This document shows positions 59,571 through 64,000 of a DNA stretch of 64,000 bases, in pieces (the stretch's first letter is position 1; every line of letters begins with the position of its first letter). Source of the DNA: Rhodothermaceae bacterium. Its GTDB lineage: Bacteria > Bacteroidota > Rhodothermia > Rhodothermales > Bin80. The stretch lies in the NCBI GenBank assembly GCA_009841335.1, contig VXLY01000105.1, forward strand, positions 4,136-68,135, in the 5' to 3' direction. The notes below the pieces were generated by a model. It did no database searches and was not told where the DNA came from. It was given only the letters and a program-made list of their open reading frames with translations. The position numbers were made by a program, and so were the translations under genes.

Positions 59571-60003
59571 AACTAGTTGTGTAAGCTGATGAACAGAAAA
59601 ATACCTGAGCGACAACTAACGCAAAGAGTCTTCGGCGGTTTCGCTGCCTGGATGGATCAAATACTCCCAGCGTTCACCTGGACCCGACAACGCCCTGTTC
59701 GTTCAGTTTTTTTCGGAGCCGGGCGGAGGTGGCGAACGTACTGTTACAGACGACTTTTCGGGTGAGCCTTCCTGTCCGTCCCCGCCACACGTCCGGCGTC
59801 ACTTACTTTTTCCACCTGTGGCCACGCGGATTAACAATAAAGTTCTGCTCGCTTCCTCTCCGTTTGAAACTCCAGTTTTCGTTCATATCTGGAGACGTCC
59901 CGCAATCCTGGCAGTCCGCACATCTGCAAGATCTCCATTGTATATTTGATGTCGGTGTATCTTTTACCAACTAATCCTGAACCAACCAAACTCGCCTGCT
60001 TAG

Positions 60004-61455
60004 ATGATTAGTCGCAATCGCCTCTTTTACGGCAGCTGCCTTGCTCTGCTGACAACAGCATTCGCTTTCACAGTCATTGCTGGAATTGCCTTCTCTGTAA
60101 AATCAGAATTCATTCTCACGAATGCGCAACTCGGTGTTTTCACCGGTGTGTTTTTTATCGGCTTTACTGTCAGCCAAGCTATTTTTTCTCCGCTTTGCGA
60201 TGTAATCGGAATGCGGTGGATCGTGCGGGGAGCGTTTGTTGGTCATGTGGCCGGCGCCATCCTGATCATGACAGCCCAAGGCTATGTGCCGGCCGTAGCC
60301 GGCTCTCTTTGTGCCGGGCTTGGGGCGGGATTAGTTGAGGCCGGGTGCAACCCACTCGTAGCCGCGCTCTACCCAGATAATAAAACCTCCAAACTGAACC
60401 ACTTTCACATGTGGTTCCCGTACGGAAACCTCATCGCAGCCGTCATACTGACCTTGATCTTTGCACAACTTGGAGCCGGATGGCGCTCGCAGCTCATACT
60501 GGTCCTGGTACCTGCACTGGGTTATGGCCTCATGATGTTCACTGCCCCCTTCCCACAAACGGAAGGAGTCACAGCGGGCGTGTCGGTGGGCGAGTCATTC
60601 AAGGCACTGTTTGCTCCTATAATGCTCGTCATGATGCCTATGATGTTGCTCACAGCATCTATGGAGCTCCCACCCTCAAGTTGGGTTCCGTCTGTCCTCC
60701 AGGCAGGAGGAATTAATGGCTTGCTCGTGTTTGGATTTGTATTTGGCATCATGGGCACACTCCGGTTACTCGCCGGCCCAGTGGTCAAGGCCCTCACACC
60801 GACCGGCATCCTGTTTGGGAGCGCGGTTTTAGCCACGTTAGGTCTATTCCTGTTCAGCATGGCGGAAACAACCTTGCTGGCTTTCCTGACCGCCGCGATT
60901 TGGGCAGCCGGAATTGCTTACTTCTGGCCGACTATGCTGGGTTACGTTTCTGAACGAAACCCCAAAAGTGGTGCGCTGGGTCTCGGGGTTATGGGCGCTG
61001 TAGGAATGCTTGCGTCCTTCTTCGTAACGCCCTGGTTGGGAGACATCGCCGATGACAGAGGACATGACACGCTCAACAGTGAGACCGTCATCCAGATATT
61101 TGAGGATGTTAACACGGAATTCCCTGCCATCGCGGAAAATTCTGGAGCACAGGAAGCTGATATTATGGCCGTCAATTCCACCGTGGCAGGCGTGCTGGCG
61201 ACGTATGGATCCGATGGTGAATTACCCCGCGGCAGCACAATGCAGGCCCTAAGGTCCGTTAGCGGATCCGGCGTCGAATCAGAGATCGTAGGACGGGCAC
61301 AGGCTGAGCTGAATCCTGCTGACAATGAGGGCGGTCGACGTTCCTTCCGCACGCTCGCACCCTTCGGAATTATACTGATCGTGGTCTTCGGACTTCTACT
61401 CGTGAGAGATCTTCGTGCTGGCGGCTATAAAGCCGAAAAGCTCGGCGGTCACTGA
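60004..61455 (+). CDS. MFS transporter (sugar)
   Basis: About 12 hydrophobic segments; GLVEAGCNPLVAALYP, WPTMLGYVSE. Confidence 0.9.
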   Translation: MISRNRLFYGSCLALLTTAFAFTVIAGIAFSVKSEFILTNAQLGVFTGVFFIGFTVSQAIFSPLCDVIGMRWIVRGAFVGHVAGAILIMTAQGYVPAVAGSLCAGLGAGLVEAGCNPLVAALYPDNKTSKLNHFHMWFPYGNLIAAVILTLIFAQLGAGWRSQLILVLVPALGYGLMMFTAPFPQTEGVTAGVSVGESFKALFAPIMLVMMPMMLLTASMELPPSSWVPSVLQAGGINGLLVFGFVFGIMGTLRLLAGPVVKALTPTGILFGSAVLATLGLFLFSMAETTLLAFLTAAIWAAGIAYFWPTMLGYVSERNPKSGALGLGVMGAVGMLASFFVTPWLGDIADDRGHDTLNSETVIQIFEDVNTEFPAIAENSGAQEADIMAVNSTVAGVLATYGSDGELPRGSTMQALRSVSGSGVESEIVGRAQAELNPADNEGGRRSFRTLAPFGIILIVVFGLLLVRDLRAGGYKAEKLGGH

Positions 61456-61472
61456 TCGAGGTACACGAGAAG

Positions 61473-64000
61473 TCAGGGCGTGCGCTGGAGTATTGCGTCT
61501 CGAAGCACTTCCGCCGGGTGTAGGGGATTCGTGATGCCACAGTGCTGCAATTGATGGCGACAACTGGTGCCGGGAGCTGCAATTATTGTGTCGGTACTGG
61601 TGTTGCGCATCATAGGCGCCAGTCGGCGCTCAGCCATCTTCCGAGATATTTCATAGTGCTCCTTTTCATAGCCGAAGGAGCCTGCCATTCCGCAACAACT
61701 AGTATCAACTTCGCGCGCATGGTAGTTTTCGGGGAGTGCCAGGATTTTCAGTGTTGATTCCGTGCCTGCAAGTGCGCGCTGGTGGCAATGACCATGCAGT
61801 AGGATCTCGCGCGCTTCATCCGTGAAGGAGAGCGATAGTCTTCCCTCTTCCGCGAGACTGGCCATAAACTCGTCAAAAAGTACCGCCTGATTCGCAACCT
61901 CCCGCGCTTCACTGCTATCAGGCAATAGGTATAGGTACTCGTCGCGCATTGACAACAGACAGCTTGGCTCCAAGCCAATGATAGGCAGCCCCGCTTTTGC
62001 ATACGGCGCCAGTCGCTCCACCGTATCCCGTGCTGCCGTACGCGCTTTCTTTACCATTCCCTTCGAAATGAGCGGCCGCCCGCAGCAGCGGTGTCCAGGA
62101 AGGATAACTTCAAAGCCTGCCGCCTCGAGCACCTCAACCGCAGCTATCGCTACATGTGGTTCGTTAAACGTGTTGAACGTGTCATTGAAGAGCACAACAC
62201 GTTCCCTTTCCTGCGTGCGCTGTGGTCGCTGTTTGAACCACTTCGTGAAAGGCTTCCGAGTAAAGGCAGGCAACTTGCGCTGTCGGGAAATACCCAATCC
62301 ACGGTCGAGAGCAAACCGCACCGGCATACTGCCCAAAATCCCGTTAATCGGAGGCGCGAGAGCTCCACTGGCTAAACGGGAAAATCTTGCGATGTCTCCA
62401 AACAGACGCGTTCGCAGCGGCGTACCGTGTTTGGCATGGTATTGCGCCAAAAACTCAAACTTGATCTTGGCCATGTCTACGGACGAAGGACACTCAGACT
62501 TACACGCTTTGCATTCCACGCACAGATCCATCACTTCATACATGCGTGCACTGGTCAGTTCCTCGTGAGGCAGAATCCCCGAAAGCGCAGCTCTCAATGC
62601 ATTAGCACGCCCCCGAGTACTGTGCTCCTCTTCACGGGTAACCATGTAGCTGGGACACATGACCCCCGTTGTGTCTTTCCGGCAAATTCCAGCCCCGTTG
62701 CACATTTCAATGGCCCGATCAAAACCATGCTCCGCGCTGAAATCCAGATTCAGCTCCACCGGTACAACCTCGTAGTCCGCGCCGTAACGCAAATTCTCGG
62801 TCGCTGGCGGAGCATCCACAACCACGCCTGGATTCAGCAATCCGCGGGGATCCCACATCTCCTTCACGTCCTGATACAGCCGGTATAGATCCGGACCGAA
62901 GAACCGCTCGTTTATCCAACTGCGCGCCCGTCCATCTCCGTGTTCGCTGGAAAGTGCGCCTCCGTAACCCTGCAATAGCTCGACCGCAAAATCAATGATC
63001 TCGGGAATCTTGGCTACTTCTGCAGCCAATTTTGCATTGATCAATGGACGAATATGGATGCAGCCTGCACTTGCGTGCGCGTAATAGGCCACACGTGTCC
63101 CCCTTTCCGTACAAAAATCATCTACCTTTCGCACGTACTCCGCCAAATGCTCAGTGGGAACTGCTGCGTCCTCAATAAAGGGGATTGGCTTGTGGTCCCC
63201 CTTGATACTCATCAACAACCCCAACCCCACCTTGCGAACCGTCCACACATTTACCTGTCGGGCCGGATCCAATACCGGCAGCACGCCACCCTTGTGTCCT
63301 CGCCTAACAAGGAGTGCGCGCAAATTCTCAATCTTCGAGCGCAGTTCCACCTCGCCACTTCCATAAAACTCCGTGATCAGGATGCAATCTGGGTCTCCCT
63401 CAATAAAAGTTTGAAGTAGCCGCGCGTACTTGGGAACCTCCTTGCACAAACGCAGACCCAAATTGTCCAACAACTCCACCGCACTGGGATCGGCCTCCAG
63501 AATGTCTGGAACACGCCTAAGCGCCTCTAGTGTGCTGCCAAATTGGACAATAGCCAATCCGCGCGCTGTTGGGACAGGGACCAGGTTCAGCGTCACATCC
63601 TGAATAACCGCCAGTCCCCCCTCCGCTCCACACACCAGTTTTGCCAGATTAAAGCGGTCGTCCCGGGGCACTTTGAAAGAGGGACCTTCGCCTATGAACC
63701 GATCAAGGTTGTAGCCACCACACCTCCGCCAGTGACGCGGTGTCCCTTCAAGGATGGTCTTATGGTTTTCAGGTGATCGTGTGAGCTCCACCATTCTCCG
63801 ATACAGACTGCCTTCCAGACCACTGAGCTTCAATTTCTGCTCAAGCGCCTCGGCTTCCAATGGCTCCAGTTGTACTTGTGTACCATCACTGAGCACAGCT
63901 TTCATGCTACGGAGGTGGTCGGCGGCCATTCCGTAACAGATGGAATGACTTCCGGTTGAGTTGTTGCTTACAATTCCACCCAAAGCCGCACGGTTGCTGC
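61473..64000 (-). CDS. FAD-linked oxidase / 4Fe-4S / CCG-domain oxidoreductase (5'-truncated by window edge)
   Basis: GGIVSNNSTG, SSEHGDG, CNGAGICRK, CVECKACKSECP, HGHCH, CCGMAGSFG. Frame stays open to the window end. Confidence 0.9.
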   Translation of the reverse strand, partial: SNRAALGGIVSNNSTGSHSICYGMAADHLRSMKAVLSDGTQVQLEPLEAEALEQKLKLSGLEGSLYRRMVELTRSPENHKTILEGTPRHWRRCGGYNLDRFIGEGPSFKVPRDDRFNLAKLVCGAEGGLAVIQDVTLNLVPVPTARGLAIVQFGSTLEALRRVPDILEADPSAVELLDNLGLRLCKEVPKYARLLQTFIEGDPDCILITEFYGSGEVELRSKIENLRALLVRRGHKGGVLPVLDPARQVNVWTVRKVGLGLLMSIKGDHKPIPFIEDAAVPTEHLAEYVRKVDDFCTERGTRVAYYAHASAGCIHIRPLINAKLAAEVAKIPEIIDFAVELLQGYGGALSSEHGDGRARSWINERFFGPDLYRLYQDVKEMWDPRGLLNPGVVVDAPPATENLRYGADYEVVPVELNLDFSAEHGFDRAIEMCNGAGICRKDTTGVMCPSYMVTREEEHSTRGRANALRAALSGILPHEELTSARMYEVMDLCVECKACKSECPSSVDMAKIKFEFLAQYHAKHGTPLRTRLFGDIARFSRLASGALAPPINGILGSMPVRFALDRGLGISRQRKLPAFTRKPFTKWFKQRPQRTQERERVVLFNDTFNTFNEPHVAIAAVEVLEAAGFEVILPGHRCCGRPLISKGMVKKARTAARDTVERLAPYAKAGLPIIGLEPSCLLSMRDEYLYLLPDSSEAREVANQAVLFDEFMASLAEEGRLSLSFTDEAREILLHGHCHQRALAGTESTLKILALPENYHAREVDTSCCGMAGSFGYEKEHYEISRKMAERRLAPMMRNTSTDTIIAAPGTSCRHQLQHCGITNPLHPAEVLRDAILQRTP

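Noticed and set aside
27985-62888. Long antisense or alternate-frame ORFs (e.g. 27985-28575, 50182-50757, 55665-56258, 61978-62568)
   Set aside because: They overlap well-supported genes and lack motifs; expected shadow ORFs in moderately GC-rich coding DNA.
1-64000. CRISPR array, tRNA, rRNA, tmRNA, intact transposase or integrase
   Set aside because: No repeat-spacer periodicity, cloverleaf, rRNA-like stretch or DDE/tyrosine recombinase motif recognised by eye. tRNAscan/Infernal would be needed to exclude small RNAs.

Overview
Bacterial window with two parts. Bases ~1-15,600 are a defence island. It holds the C-terminal part of a large protein ending in a PD-(D/E)XK-like nuclease, a 1208-aa SIR2 (Dsr1-like) protein directly inside an orphan IS21-like terminal repeat, a Zn-finger/RES protein and a pentapeptide-repeat/FRG fusion. 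It ends with a tightly coupled three-gene operon: radical SAM enzyme, 129-aa acidic protein, and a 1379-aa Avs/AVAST-like STAND NTPase with an N-terminal Mrr-like nuclease. That operon is the best candidate for an undescribed system. Bases ~15,700-64,000 are mostly carbohydrate and sulfate-ester catabolism: a sugar ABC transporter, four sulfatases (one frameshifted), a GH10 xylanase, DUF1080, Gfo/Idh/MocA, ThuA and TIM-barrel proteins, and a LarA-family epimerase cluster. At ~32-34.5 kb a NYN gene appears split around a cassette encoding a Cys-rich secreted peptide, a beta-propeller lipoprotein and a thioredoxin-like protein. No rRNA, tRNA, CRISPR array or intact transposase was recognised. 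All family calls come from motif recognition by eye, not database searches. The gene content suggests a marine glycan degrader such as Rhodothermaeota/Bacteroidota (inference only).
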